A DNA stretch of 62,974 bases, counting the filler, from Stramenopiles sp. TOSAG23-6 (lineage: Eukaryota): assembly GCA_900128565.1 (NCBI GenBank). It is 9 parts of 9 records of this genome, joined end to end, with 100 filler letters (N's around TTAATTAATTAA, not from the genome) between each part and the next. Parts side by side here need not be neighbours in the genome. Positions count along the whole stretch, not along the records: positions 26,076 to 34,641 come from LT636442.1; positions 34,742 to 43,295 come from LT636443.1; 7 more parts are not named here. One strand, 5' to 3'. Of this stretch, positions 26,334 through 38,000 are shown in pieces; the first letter of the stretch is position 1, and each line of letters starts with the position of its first letter. Under the pieces are notes generated by a model. The model was not told the origin of the DNA, did not search any database, and worked only from the letters and a program-made list of their open reading frames with translations. The position numbers and the translations under genes were made by a program.

Positions 26334-26573
26334 TTAAAAAACCTAAAAAACAAAATCCAATGAAATAATAAATAAATAAATTGAAAAAAAAACATTTGAA
26401 GAAGACGTTTAATCTTTAATTCATTAATAAACGAAAGAAATATAGAAATAAAAAAAAAAAAAAAAGAGTTATAATATTTATTTTTCATTATTTACAGATT
26501 GGACAAGAAGATATCAATATGACATTTCCTGCCTCTACGGGGGGGGCAAAGAGCTTTTGGTATCACTTGTGGT

Positions 26574-26666
26574 TGATGTATTAATAGATTCCGTAGCAAT
26601 TTTTCGCACTCTAAAAAAAATGAAAATTAGGTACAAAAACATGGTACGAATCTATTAATACGTCGA
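26574..26666. mobile_element. Intergenic MITE-like imperfect inverted repeat sharing the intron core motif
   Basis: GTATTAATAGATTCCGTAGC...CTAA versus TTAGGTAC...GTACGAATCTATTAATAC. Confidence 0.5.
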
Positions 26667-26681
26667 TCATTACACATGACA

Positions 26682-28016
26682 TTACTTAAATTGATTTTGT
26701 TGTTGAAATTTCTTCATGAACTCATTAAATCCAGTATTCCCATACGTTTGTTGAGTGTTTAGTGGAGATACTAAATTTTCTCTTGCGATATCATGCGAGA
26801 CAGTGATAGCTTCTTTTGTCAAGATTCGAATTTGAGCTCTTAAATGTATCAAAAGATTTCGTGCACCTGTGAGTATAGATACTTTATCATTTTTGACGAC
26901 ATTTCCTGAATCTTCGATTTCTCTTTTCAATTCGCTGATGACTTTAATTATTCTACGACTTCGTTTTCGCTCAACTTCTGCGTGTTTTGATTTTCGAGTG
27001 ACAGTTCCTTTCTCTTTTCCTTTTCCTTTAGCACCGCTAGATCTTTTTCTTTTTTTGGTTCGTCTTGGTGCATTTTTTGGGTTTTTTGCAAGAGGTGGAG
27101 GAAGAATAGAAATATTCGAGTAAAGACCTTCATTAGGGTTAGTGGGATAAGTACCCACCGTACCAACACCTTTCAAAGTATTATTCACTGTATTTGAAGT
27201 GAATATCTTATTATTCGCTCTCATGAGTTCAAAGGATTTTTTGTCAAGTTCTGTAGTATTGTATATCGACATCTGCATACTAGGTATATTGTTCATAGTA
27301 TTCATAGAAAATGCAAAGGAGCCCATAGAACCAACAGCTTGTAATGGTTTTGGCGAATACAATGCATTTATAGCAAAATTTGAGGAATTACTCATTGCAC
27401 TCATCAAGTTGATGTGTAAGTCGTTACCAGTTCCAATTGAGGAAACATTTTGCCGCTTTGATGGTTGTTCCCTTGGGTTTTCATTCGAACCACTGTGACT
27501 GTTGGGTTGAATATTTGGGATATTTTTTGGGTCAATGTTATCTAGAAACCTATTTTCTCCAGCTTTCTCTCCTTGGGATAGACTTGATAGACTGTTTTTT
27601 CGTAGGGTTTCACTTTGAATTTGTAAAGTATTCCAAGTTTGAAGAGTTGCGTTTTCGTTGGACTTGGAGGTTTTGCTTTCGTTATTTTGGTCACTTTGAT
27701 TGATTGGTGTCATTTCTTTCGATTTCACGTTCAGACTGACCAAAGTACGCGACGGCCGTTCACTCACAGTTTTATCATTATCGTATTCACTCACAGTATC
27801 ACCACTTTCTGCAACACCGCTTTGCTTTGAAAGGAGATGACCAGTTGTAGCTTTCAAAACGTTTGTAGAACTTTTTTCATTTACCATAGAAAGTCGCTTA
27901 CCTGTAGGAGTTATATCTGTAATGTCCTTGCTTACAATAGAACTCGAAGAGGCTTGAGATGAGGGTAATGTGTGTTCGAGAGGAAGGGGGGTAATTGTGT
28001 CGATTGTGTTATTCAT
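26682..28016 (-). CDS. bHLH transcription factor
   Basis: RKSKHAEVERKRSRRI...ISELK...KNDKVSILTGARNLL. Confidence 0.88.
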   Translation of the reverse strand: MNNTIDTITPLPLEHTLPSSQASSSSIVSKDITDITPTGKRLSMVNEKSSTNVLKATTGHLLSKQSGVAESGDTVSEYDNDKTVSERPSRTLVSLNVKSKEMTPINQSDQNNESKTSKSNENATLQTWNTLQIQSETLRKNSLSSLSQGEKAGENRFLDNIDPKNIPNIQPNSHSGSNENPREQPSKRQNVSSIGTGNDLHINLMSAMSNSSNFAINALYSPKPLQAVGSMGSFAFSMNTMNNIPSMQMSIYNTTELDKKSFELMRANNKIFTSNTVNNTLKGVGTVGTYPTNPNEGLYSNISILPPPLAKNPKNAPRRTKKRKRSSGAKGKGKEKGTVTRKSKHAEVERKRSRRIIKVISELKREIEDSGNVVKNDKVSILTGARNLLIHLRAQIRILTKEAITVSHDIARENLVSPLNTQQTYGNTGFNEFMKKFQQQNQFK

Positions 28017-28425
28017 TTTATATAAATCGATAGCAAATCAATAGAATCCGTCTGACTTTTCGTTCTTCGATCAGATGACCGGTCGCGCTGAATGTTTTTT
28101 TGGAAAAACGCCAAAAGCTCCAAATTTGTACCAATTAAGTACGAATCGTTAATGGTAGCAAAAATGACAATCGAGGAACTCAGAATTTGGGCGCGTCATC
28201 AGTTGACATCAGCTATACCTAATACTGGCTAGTTATACTACGTTAATATCCATAATTTAGTTGTAATCTAGTGTATTTAATTTTAACTTAACTCTCATAC
28301 ACTCATCACACAGAATAACTCTCATACACTCATCACACAGAATAACCCTCATAGAACACTCTTTACTTTAATACTCATCCAACGGGCATATTATTACCTT
28401 TTGCTGCTCAATGTGCTGAACAGCT

Positions 28426-30351
28426 TTAACTCAACTTACACCTCCGTTTCGGCTCCTTAAAGCGAAGCTCAAAACATTGCTTTCCAAGTGTAGAGCCAAA
28501 AATTGGATCTTTTAAATTTTTCCAACCTGAGACACCTCCAAGAGCTTTACTTTCTTCCTCTGTAAGCAATGCAGATCGCAATAGTTTACGAATCTTCTCT
28601 TTATCCAGATCGACACCGATCAAAACGAGTTCACTTTGCCTATCGCCCCATTTTTCACTCCATTTACCTGCTAGTTTCAATCGTCTTATCGCTTCTTTTT
28701 CTGCAGGTGAAGACCTGAAACGTTCTGGTTTCGCTGCTATAAACGGCATTGGATTGGGTTTTATATCAACCTGCTTCCCTGCAGTATGAAATGCCATTGG
28801 GAATGCATTCGCGTTTGCAAACCATAACAGTCCTTTGCTTCTGACTACACCCGTGAAAACATGATTATTGTCTTTTTCATTTTCTTCATTCATTGAACAT
28901 TTGAATCCGGTCTTCAACACCTGAAAAAATCTTTCAGGATGAAATGGCATGTTTTTTTCACGAAATACCAAGGAACTAATACCATACTCCTCAGTTTCTG
29001 GTGTATGCTCTCCTTTGCGCAATTCCGCGAGCCATCCAGAACTAGTTTGAATTTCTTTCATATTAAACAATTTCGTGTTGAGTAGCTCCTTTGCTACATC
29101 AAGATCCTTGTAGTGATACAATTCTGGTACAAGAATACGAGCTTTTGGGCATAATTTCCGCAATAATGCTTTGATCTTTTTGATCTTTTCATCACGTTTA
29201 TCTGTAATCAAGGCAACTTTACTGATGATAATTACATTAGAAAATTCAATTTGATCAATCATTAATTGAGCAATAGATCGATCATCAACTGTTTCAGTAG
29301 AACTTTTCTTATCATTAGCGCCAGGATTTTCAGTGGAGCTTTTCTTATCATTAGCGCCAGTATTTCCAATCATTCCAGTAGAATTGTTTTTATCCGCAAG
29401 AGTCTCGATTGAGCTCAAGACTTCAAAGAAGTTTAATGCATCAACAACAGTGCAAAGTGTATCCAACTCTGCAAAATTGGAGAGAGATTTAAGTTCATCT
29501 TGAGCCACAACGAGCCCTTTTACGACAAACCCTTTTGATTGTTTTGACTTTTTTGATGAAGGCTGTGCCTCGGCTTGATCAACATCCATTACAAAAGTCT
29601 GTGCGACTGGGAGTGGTTCACTGATACCTGTACTTTCAATGACAAGGTATTCAATATTTTTTTCCAAGCTCAAAAGTTTAACCGTTTTGAGTAAATCTCC
29701 ACGTAGTGTGCAACATATACAACCATTATGCATTTCCACCATTTGAGCTTCTTCCTGAATCAACTTTGTCTCCTTGATTTCATCTGCGTCGAGATTAATC
29801 TCACCCATATCATTCACAATGACTGCGATATTGAGTTTCTCATCTTCACTTTTTTCATTGTTTAGTCGAAGAATGCGCTTCAACAGGGTGGTTTTTCCTG
29901 CACCTAGAAAACCAGAAAGCAGAGTTACTTTAAGCTTCTTCGCAGCCTTAATTAAGAGGTCAATGTTGGGACGAAGAACATTGGAGAAGACGCCACGTTT
30001 ATCCTCTGGGAGGGAATTATAGGCTTCTTCACAGATGTTGTACGTGATACCCTTTTTTTCGGCAGTGTAGCGTGGTCCGATAATCGGTGTGATACGAAAA
30101 AAGGTGCAAGTTGTACCGAGATGTTCACACTTAAGAAGTCCAAGCATTACGCTCTTGGTCTGAAGCTTTGTCAGTCCTGCTTTTGTACAAGCTCGCATCG
30201 CATTAGATTCCTCTTCAATTGTTAGTGGGTACTTGATTCCTGCTTCTTCTTGAGGATTTAATTTGGAAGCATGTAAAGCACGAGCTATTTGGGTTATTAC
30301 ATGTTTAGCTTCTTTATCTTTTGACGAAAATTCACTTTCCGCATGACCCAT
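28426..30351 (-). CDS. COG0523/CobW (ZNG1-type) G3E metallochaperone GTPase with N-terminal ZZ-like extension
   Basis: LSGFLGAGKTT, NGCICCTLRGDL, IESTGISEP, PFHPERF, VRSKG, DRQSELVLIG. Confidence 0.93.
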   Translation of the reverse strand: MGHAESEFSSKDKEAKHVITQIARALHASKLNPQEEAGIKYPLTIEEESNAMRACTKAGLTKLQTKSVMLGLLKCEHLGTTCTFFRITPIIGPRYTAEKKGITYNICEEAYNSLPEDKRGVFSNVLRPNIDLLIKAAKKLKVTLLSGFLGAGKTTLLKRILRLNNEKSEDEKLNIAVIVNDMGEINLDADEIKETKLIQEEAQMVEMHNGCICCTLRGDLLKTVKLLSLEKNIEYLVIESTGISEPLPVAQTFVMDVDQAEAQPSSKKSKQSKGFVVKGLVVAQDELKSLSNFAELDTLCTVVDALNFFEVLSSIETLADKNNSTGMIGNTGANDKKSSTENPGANDKKSSTETVDDRSIAQLMIDQIEFSNVIIISKVALITDKRDEKIKKIKALLRKLCPKARILVPELYHYKDLDVAKELLNTKLFNMKEIQTSSGWLAELRKGEHTPETEEYGISSLVFREKNMPFHPERFFQVLKTGFKCSMNEENEKDNNHVFTGVVRSKGLLWFANANAFPMAFHTAGKQVDIKPNPMPFIAAKPERFRSSPAEKEAIRRLKLAGKWSEKWGDRQSELVLIGVDLDKEKIRKLLRSALLTEEESKALGGVSGWKNLKDPIFGSTLGKQCFELRFKEPKRRCKLS

Positions 30352-30631
30352 ATTCTTTATAAATACGTATATATCGATATGTATAATATTAATATGGCCA
30401 CATGTCACTTTCGAATGCGAATTCATGGCCGCCAACGGCGTTCGAATTTTGATGGCCAATCCAATCACGATCACGGTCAAAAAGACTTCCCCAAAAAGAC
30501 CCAAGCCAATGGAAACAAAAGTTGACCAGAATATCATCCAATCCACATAGCTACATGACATTCTAATCACTCACAAACAACTAGTGGCCAACGGTTTCTA
30601 AATCAATACGAGTCCATTGCGTATATTTTTG

Positions 30632-32638
30632 ATGCTTTATCAGTGTACGTGTTGTATACTTTTGCTGGCTATTTTACATGTTGTAAAAAAGTACATTAAT
30701 TTATCCTTTAGGTTTGTATCTGCGTTTATATCTGCGTTTATTCTGTGTCTTGGAATTTTCATCACCCAACATTCAGTACCTAATCAAATATTCAATGTTG
30801 GTGCTGGATATGGTGCAAAAGTGGGATGTTCTGTCGTTTATGTAGGGAAACGAACACTTAAGTCTGCAATTGAGGCAGAATTGACATTTCCTCCTATTCG
30901 GTTCCTGTACTCTCTTCACCAAGATTGCAGAAATAAATGTGTCACTGCGTCCCTATGGAACGTTAGCCGAACTGCTTGCTGGCGGCCCAACTTAGGTTGC
31001 AGTCTTCAGCCATACAATGCCGAACCTAAAGAAGATTCTAGGGAATATTGCGATGCTAGTCATGTAAAAGAATATGTATGTTTTATTTTTTTTTTACAAA
31101 AAAAATCGAATTTATTTTTTTATAGGAAATTTTGTACCTAACAAATTCAATTTTTTTTTTGAAATATTTTTCCAAAATACATAAAACTCGTCCTGAAATG
31201 TGGCCTGTTGGTGATACAGTAGAACTGAATACTGCTGATAATTCTGTAGATTGGTCTGAATTAAATCGTGTCATTAATGCCCATTTTGATGACTCACGTT
31301 TGAAAGCTCGAGCAGTTTTAATTGTAAAGGATGGTAGAATAGTCTATGAAAAATACGGGGACAAACATGTTTGTTGTCATCTCAATTTTTTTTTTTTTTT
31401 TTTTTTTTTTTGGAATTTTTTTTTAAAGTAAAAATTTGGACTAAAAAGGAAAATTATTTTTTTTCCTCAAAATACATGATAAAGATAGTATGCTGATTGG
31501 TTGGTCTGCCACAAAGAGTGTAATCAATGCTTTAATCGGTATAATGATTAAAAAAAACATGATTAAACATGGATTAGAGTCCTTAATTAAAACATTTGTA
31601 CCTGAATGGAAAGGCGCAAATCAGTTAACTTTACGAGATATGTTACAAATGGTAGATGGAACTGATTTTGATGAATTCTATGAACCAGGGTATGACGTTA
31701 CTACAATGTTATTCAATAAAAAAAGTACTTTGTTTCCAATGCGCGACAAACGAACGGCTATAAAAAAAAGTGATTTATTTGATATATTGAACAAAATTGG
31801 TTTATTTGATATATTGAACAAAATTGGTTTATTTGACATATTGAACAAAATTGGTTTATTTGATATATTGAACAAAAGTGATTCAAACTTGAACTCTTCA
31901 GTGTCTTGTTGGCAATATAACTCACATACAACAAATGTTATTTCTCTGTACATTCGAAGAGTCATTGAAAGTCTCCATCCCTCCGAGGCTAAACAAATCC
32001 AAACTGAAATCTATCATAATTTACCACGTACATTACTATTTGACCGCATTCATGCAAAATCTTTCATGATTGAAACCGATCCTTCAGATACTTTTATTGG
32101 TTCAAGTTTTGGTTGGGCTACAGCCAGAGATTGGGCACGTTTAGGTTTACTCTTTTTAAATAAAGGCAATTGGTTTGGCGAACAAATATTTTCAGAGGAT
32201 TGGGTCGAATTTAGCACAAAAGAAACAAAAACAAGCTTGGGTCGTTATGGCGCTCATGTATGTTTTATTTTTTTTCAAATTGAATTATTTTTTATAGTAA
32301 ATTTCGTACCTAACGATTCCGTTTTGAAATATTTTTTCACAATACATTTTTGGAGAGGTGGTAACTCAAATACTACAATTACAAGTGAAACAAAAACATG
32401 TGATGCTTTATTTCCAAGCAGAGTGTATAAACCAGATCGATCTTGGTGGGATAAAGCATTTCCTAAAAATTCTGGAACTTTTGCAATGCATGGATTTGAG
32501 TCACAGATGATTGCCATTGTTCCTTCAAAAGATCTCGTTGTTGTTAGACTTGGATGTACTAAAGAAGTTGTTCTGAATTGGGACCGTATTGAATTTTATT
32601 CAACCATTGTTGATGCATTTCCAAATGTTGATGAATAA
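30632..32638 (+). CDS. Beta-lactamase class C-like serine hydrolase with N-terminal TM segments; introns 31076-31182, 31369-31477, 32258-32347
   Basis: WSATKS (SxxK), WQYNS, ARDWARLGLL, YGAH|FW, MHGFESQ, DLVVVRLG. Confidence 0.9.
31076..31182 (+). mobile_element. Family intron, 107 nt (AT|GTATGT...AATACAT|)
   Basis: Corrects the frame shift between ORFs 30617 and 31132. Confidence 0.9.
31369..31477 (+). mobile_element. Family intron, 109 nt (AT|GTTTGT...AATACAT|)
   Basis: Joins YGDKH|DKDSMLIGWSATKS. Confidence 0.85.
31774..31880 (+). repeat. 27-bp coding tandem repeat x4 (LFDILNKIG)
   Basis: tttatttgatatattgaacaaaattgg repeated. Confidence 0.92.
32258..32347 (+). mobile_element. Family intron, 90 nt, in frame and stop-free (AT|GTATGT...AATACAT|)
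   Basis: Removal yields the YGAHFW motif. Confidence 0.9.
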
Positions 32639-32930
32639 AATTAGAATTTTTTTTTCCTTGTTTTTAGTAGTTGGGTATATAAAATTTAATGACTTTACAG
32701 CCATCATTAGGATCTAAATGGCAAAGTGGATGGATGGGTTAGTATGATTCTTGTGTGTATTACATTTAAAACTATAAGTATAAAATGATCAATGTTTTAA
32801 AAATATAAAAAAAGAGAATTTGATGAAATATGGATTAAATTTTTTTTTAAGCGAGGTGGACAAAATTGGGTACCCGGTAACTTTATTATTTTTTTTAAAT
32901 AATTATTCATCAAAATTGAAAAAGAGATTA

Positions 32931-33019
32931 TCCCTCCGGCCGGAATCGAACCAGCGACCGCTCGGTATATGCTTTTTAACTATTACAGCCGAGCGCTCTA
33001 CCAACTGAGCTACAGAGGT
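32931..33019 (-). tRNA. tRNA-Tyr(GTA) with 16-nt canonical-position intron
   Basis: D arm GCTCAGTTGGTAGAGC, anticodon stem CTCGG/CCGAG, GTA anticodon, T arm GCTGGTTCGATTCCGGC, discriminator A; position 1 reads A opposite G72. Confidence 0.92.
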
Positions 33020-33392
33020 TATATGCAACACTGTCCGCATCAAGTATTATATAGTTAGTATGTAAAAACAAAATGAAAAAAAATGAAAAAAATAAATGTA
33101 TAAAAAGTTTGTCATTCGTTCATAAAAAAGTTTGTCATTCGTTTAATATTTCTACATTTTGTTTTGTGAGGGCATACTAATTTGTTTATGAATATCAAAA
33201 TATTTTGAAAATATTATTGTAGTGACTACATTTATGTTTAAGCGAAGAAAAACAAAACAAAAACCATTTTGTCACAAACCTGCTATTCTATCCTATATTC
33301 TTGATAAATCTGTTCAGCTCAGCTCACGATCTCTTTAGTTACAAACAACATCTACTAACAACAACTCCCTCCAACAAAACAACCTCCCAACA

Positions 33393-34641
33393 ATGACAGT
33401 ATCAAGTGTAAACGAAGAGGGTGTTTGGTTGAATAAATTGCTCGCTTCACGTGGTCTTTGTGGTCGTCGCGATGGTGAAAAATTCATCAAACAAGGATTA
33501 GTTATAGTTGACGGTAAAGTGGCTACTTCTGGTACTCGTGTACATGCTGATGCAATTGTAAGATTATTACCAGAGGCTCAAAATAGTGTATCTAAAAATA
33601 TAGCTAAAACAAAAAAGAGTGTCTCTACAGTAGTAGCAGCTCCTGGTGCTTTGAAGCCACCAAGTGGTCTCAATCGCGCTGCACGTCGTGCGTTGAAGTT
33701 TGCAAACAAAACAGCACAAAAAGAAGAGATTACTACGACCCAACAAATAGCTACATCAACAATGCCACCAACAATAACAATACAAAAGACTCAAAACAAT
33801 GCTACCCTCAATACACACAATACACACAATACCTCCAAAGCGAAAAAAGAAAACATAAAGGGCTTCACTACTCCATCGGGACTTGTTCGGCTAACAAAGC
33901 TTCTTGCTCTTCGTGGGTTATGTTCTCGTAGAAATGCAATCAAATTTGTCAAAGAAGGTCTTGTTCGAATTGATGGTATTGATGCTTCCATTGATGGGCC
34001 AGGACAATTAATCAAACCATCATCAATTCTTGAAGTCATTTCACAAGAAAATGTTACAGAGAAAACAACTAGTAGTCGTATTATGAGTAAAGAACCAATC
34101 GTCAATAAAACATATAAGACTAAAATCGAGGCCAAGCATGATGCTACTATGAGAAGACTAAAAGCTCAAGATGCATTGAAACAGCATTCTATATCAAAAT
34201 CATCCCAGGGTATGATTTCATCTATATCAATCGATCCTTTACAATCAAATAAGGTTGTATTTGATCAGGAGAAAGTATCTAGTAGCAATGTTATTGTTGA
34301 TAAATCATCTAGTAGTAGCAATGATATTTTTGATAAATCATCTAGTAGTAGCAATGATATTGTTGATAAATCATCTAGTAGTAGTAGTGAGTCCGAGTTT
34401 GAAGTGGACGATTTTGGCTTGATTGCGGCTGTACAAAATGAAGCAAAAAAATCTGTTACTATTATACCCGATGTTATCCCAATGAAAATAAGTAATTCAA
34501 TGTCTGATGTTATCCCAATGAAAATAAATAATTCAATGTCTGATAATATGACCAAACGTGGTGATGAGGATATTTTGGAGTCGTCGTCATCATCTGAATC
34601 ATCATCTGAATCATCATCTGAATCATCATCTGAATCATCAT
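33393..34641 (+). CDS. Protein with two S4 RNA-binding domains (RsuA/RluF-type N-terminus); 3' truncated
   Basis: VWLNKLLASRGLCGRRDGEKFIKQGLVIVDG and VRLTKLLALRGLCSRRNAIKFVKEGLVRIDG. Confidence 0.8.
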
Positions 34642-35021
34642 NNNNNNNNNNNNNNNNNNNNNNNNNNNNNNNNNNNNNNNNNNNNTTAATTAATTAANNN
34701 NNNNNNNNNNNNNNNNNNNNNNNNNNNNNNNNNNNNNNNNNGGAAAATCGTCTCAAAGATGTTAAAATTCAACCTGAACCTGAACCTGAACCTGAAATTG
34801 TAATTGAACGTGAAGCTGAACCTGAAGCTGGAATTACAATTGAAGAACTCCAATCTGGATTTTAATCCTTTAGGACTGATAAAATTTTAAAAATTTTAGA
34901 AANTTNCAAAAATTTTCAAAATAATCATTTTAATGGTAATTGAATTTAATTTAAAAAACAAAACCAACTTTGATTTTTATAATTTTATAAATACTAGATA
35001 CTACACAATACTACAATACTA

Positions 35022-38000
35022 CTACACATTCAATTCTACATTGTTATTAGAAAATTTTGAATAAATTTCAATTATATTTTGTTCAAGTTGAGTAACCCTT
35101 GAATTAAGTTCCTTGATCACATTGTTTTGATTCACCATTTTTTGTTTCTCAGTATCAAGATTGCTTTCCAGTTGTCTACCTTTGGCTTGTAGATCCAAAA
35201 CATTTTTATGCAATTGAAGAATATACAATGAGGATTCTTCTACTTTTTCTAAAAGTCTTTTTATCCATAAACCTAAGTTAAACCCTTCTGATTTCATATC
35301 AGCGGCGCTTGTGACGTTGGGTAAATGTTTCTCTTTTTCTATAAATTTTTGAAATGCATCAAGTGGCATTAAAGGATAGTCTGGCTCAAAAACATAATCT
35401 GGCCAAGTGTCACCATTCGCATGAAAAATTGATCCACCGACTACAATATTCCCACCAGTTTCAATAGCCCCACCAATATTCAAATCTTGCATGATACCTA
35501 CACCTCCTGCAACAGTGAAAGTACCTGTGAGAGAAGAAGTAGAACCTGCATCTCCTTGTATATGTACTCCACCTCCGGTGTATACAGACATAGCGACCCC
35601 GACACCACCACCAACAATTAATGAACCCGAGTCCGTTGAAGTTGAAGGAAAACTAGTTGCAATTCCATCTTGCCAACCATCAACGGTTAGTCTCTGGTGA
35701 ACTTTCACACTACCACCAAGAAAACTTTCAGCATCAATATCAGTTTGTTGATTTATGTGAATCCGTTCACCAACATACAATTGCTTCCCGATTCCAGCAC
35801 CGCCAGCAGCAACAAATGAACCTGTGAGTGTGCTATCGCTTTGTGTGGTACCAGATGTTGATACATCGCCACCTGCATTCAATCCCCCCACAATACCAAC
35901 ACCACCAGCAATAGTAACCGTTCCACTAGTATTGTCTGTTGAGGCTGTCGAACCTGCTATGTGCAATCCATCTCCAATATATACATCTCCTGCTGCACTG
36001 AAACCACCAGCTGTGCTCAACGATCCGCTACTAGTATTTGTAGCAACACTAGTGCTTCCAATATTTACATCCCCTCCAATTCCTACACCACCACCAATTG
36101 TGACTGTTCCTGTTGTAGCTGAAGTTGAAGCCGTTGTCCCTTGTACATGTAAACCTCCTCCAATAAATGCAGTTTTCCCAATACCTGCACCACCACCTAC
36201 TACAAGAGAACCCGTGTGTGATGATGTACTGTCAGTAGTTGCATCAATACTAGTGATCCCACCAATGTTTACATTTTCACCAATACCAACACCACCAACA
36301 ACCGTGAGTGCACCATTGGTTGTTTGTGTAGATGTATTAACTGATTGGATATTTGCAGAGCCACCAACGAAAAGATTCATTGCTATACCAGCACCTCCAG
36401 ACGTAGTCAGTGCACCATGTAGACTTGAGTCGGCTTGTGTTGTACCACGACCATGAATTGATCGTCCAGAATAAATGTCATATGATACTCCAATACCACC
36501 AGTTACCGTTATAGTTCCTGTTTCAGCAGATTCAGAATGATGTCCACCTTTCACATTAATATGGTCACCAACATAAATACTTTTCTGTACTCCAAGACCA
36601 CCACTGACATTCAATGCACCTGATGTACTAGTTGNGGCATCTACCGAACCCGTTACTACCCCAATACCACCAACATAAAGGTCTGCAGCAACACCTACAC
36701 CTCCCGCAACAGTCACTGTACCTGAAGTAGCTGAAGTGGAATCAGATGTACCAACAACGCTTAACGTGGTGCCTACATTAACCGCCTTTGCAACACCAAT
36801 ACCGCCTGATAAAGTAAGAGCACCATTTAAACTGGAAGTTGAATCTGTAACACTTGCAATATCTAGATTACCACCAACAAACGCTTTTTTTGCAATGGCT
36901 GCGCCCCCAGATGTTGTGAATGAACCTCCTGTTGTAGCGTTTGATGCATCTGTATCATCAGTAATAGTTTGAGCTCCCGATACATTTAAATTCCCAGATA
37001 CTCCGATTCCTCCACCAAAAGTAGCAGCTCCTGATGTAGGTGATGTGGATTCAGTAGTCCCTTCTACATGAAGAGTTGCCCCAACATATAATTGTTTTGC
37101 AATACCTACACCACCAGCAACTTTCAATGAACCACTAGTACTTGAAGAAGATAGTGACTCGCCACCAATCGTAGCACCTTTTTTAATTCCAATACCACCC
37201 GCAAGAGTAATAGCCCCAGTTAATGATGACGATGTCACTGTAGCTGCACCAACATGTAAATCCTGACTTATACCAACTCCACCACTTACAGTAAGTGAGC
37301 CTGTTGATCCACTTGAAGATGAAAGATTTTTACCAATGTGAACAACTCCCCCAATGTAAAGATCTTCGCCTATACCAACCCCACCCATCGTAGTTAGTGC
37401 TCCCGTTGTACTTGACGTTGCACTGTAATCTCCTTCTACATGAAAAACTCCACCAACATATAAATTATCCGCAATGCCAACACCACCCAGTGTAGTGAAA
37501 GCTCCCGAACTAGCATCTGTTGCTGCTTCGGTGGACCCTATAGATAGTATCTCTCCTACATAAAGACCTTTTGCTATTCCAATGCCCCCTGCTACAGTAA
37601 TCGAACCACTAGAAGATGACGTAGAAACAGTCGTGGATGATATTATCGTCGATCCATCTGCTTTTACACGAAATACAGCGCCACCACTGTTCTCTGCCTG
37701 AATCAGATCAGGGCCTGATGACATGTTAGGAGCTTTAATGAGCAAAACGTCAACTGAGCTTGCTAGACTATTACCCTGTGATTCAATGGTAAATGTGTTA
37801 GAATTATTTACTGTTGTAGTAACAGTTGCAGCGTCGTTGAAAGTTGAAGTTCCAGCAACCGTAATTCCACCACCCTGCACATCCAAGCCGCCAGATGTAA
37901 TTGTAGCACCTCCTGCAGAAACAGTCAGCCCGCCAGCTGAAACTGTAATACCTCCAGCTGCTACTGAAAGCCCACCTGTGTGAATTGTAGTTTCACCATC

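Noticed and set aside
31074-31180. U12-type AT-AC introns
   Set aside because: There is no ATATCCTT 5' site or TCCTTAAC branch. The AT-AC reading arises from the flanking AT duplication, and copies lacking the duplication favour GT-AT.
35400-35600. Diversity-generating retroelement
   Set aside because: There is no reverse transcriptase or template repeat, the differences include indels, and they are not adenine-specific.
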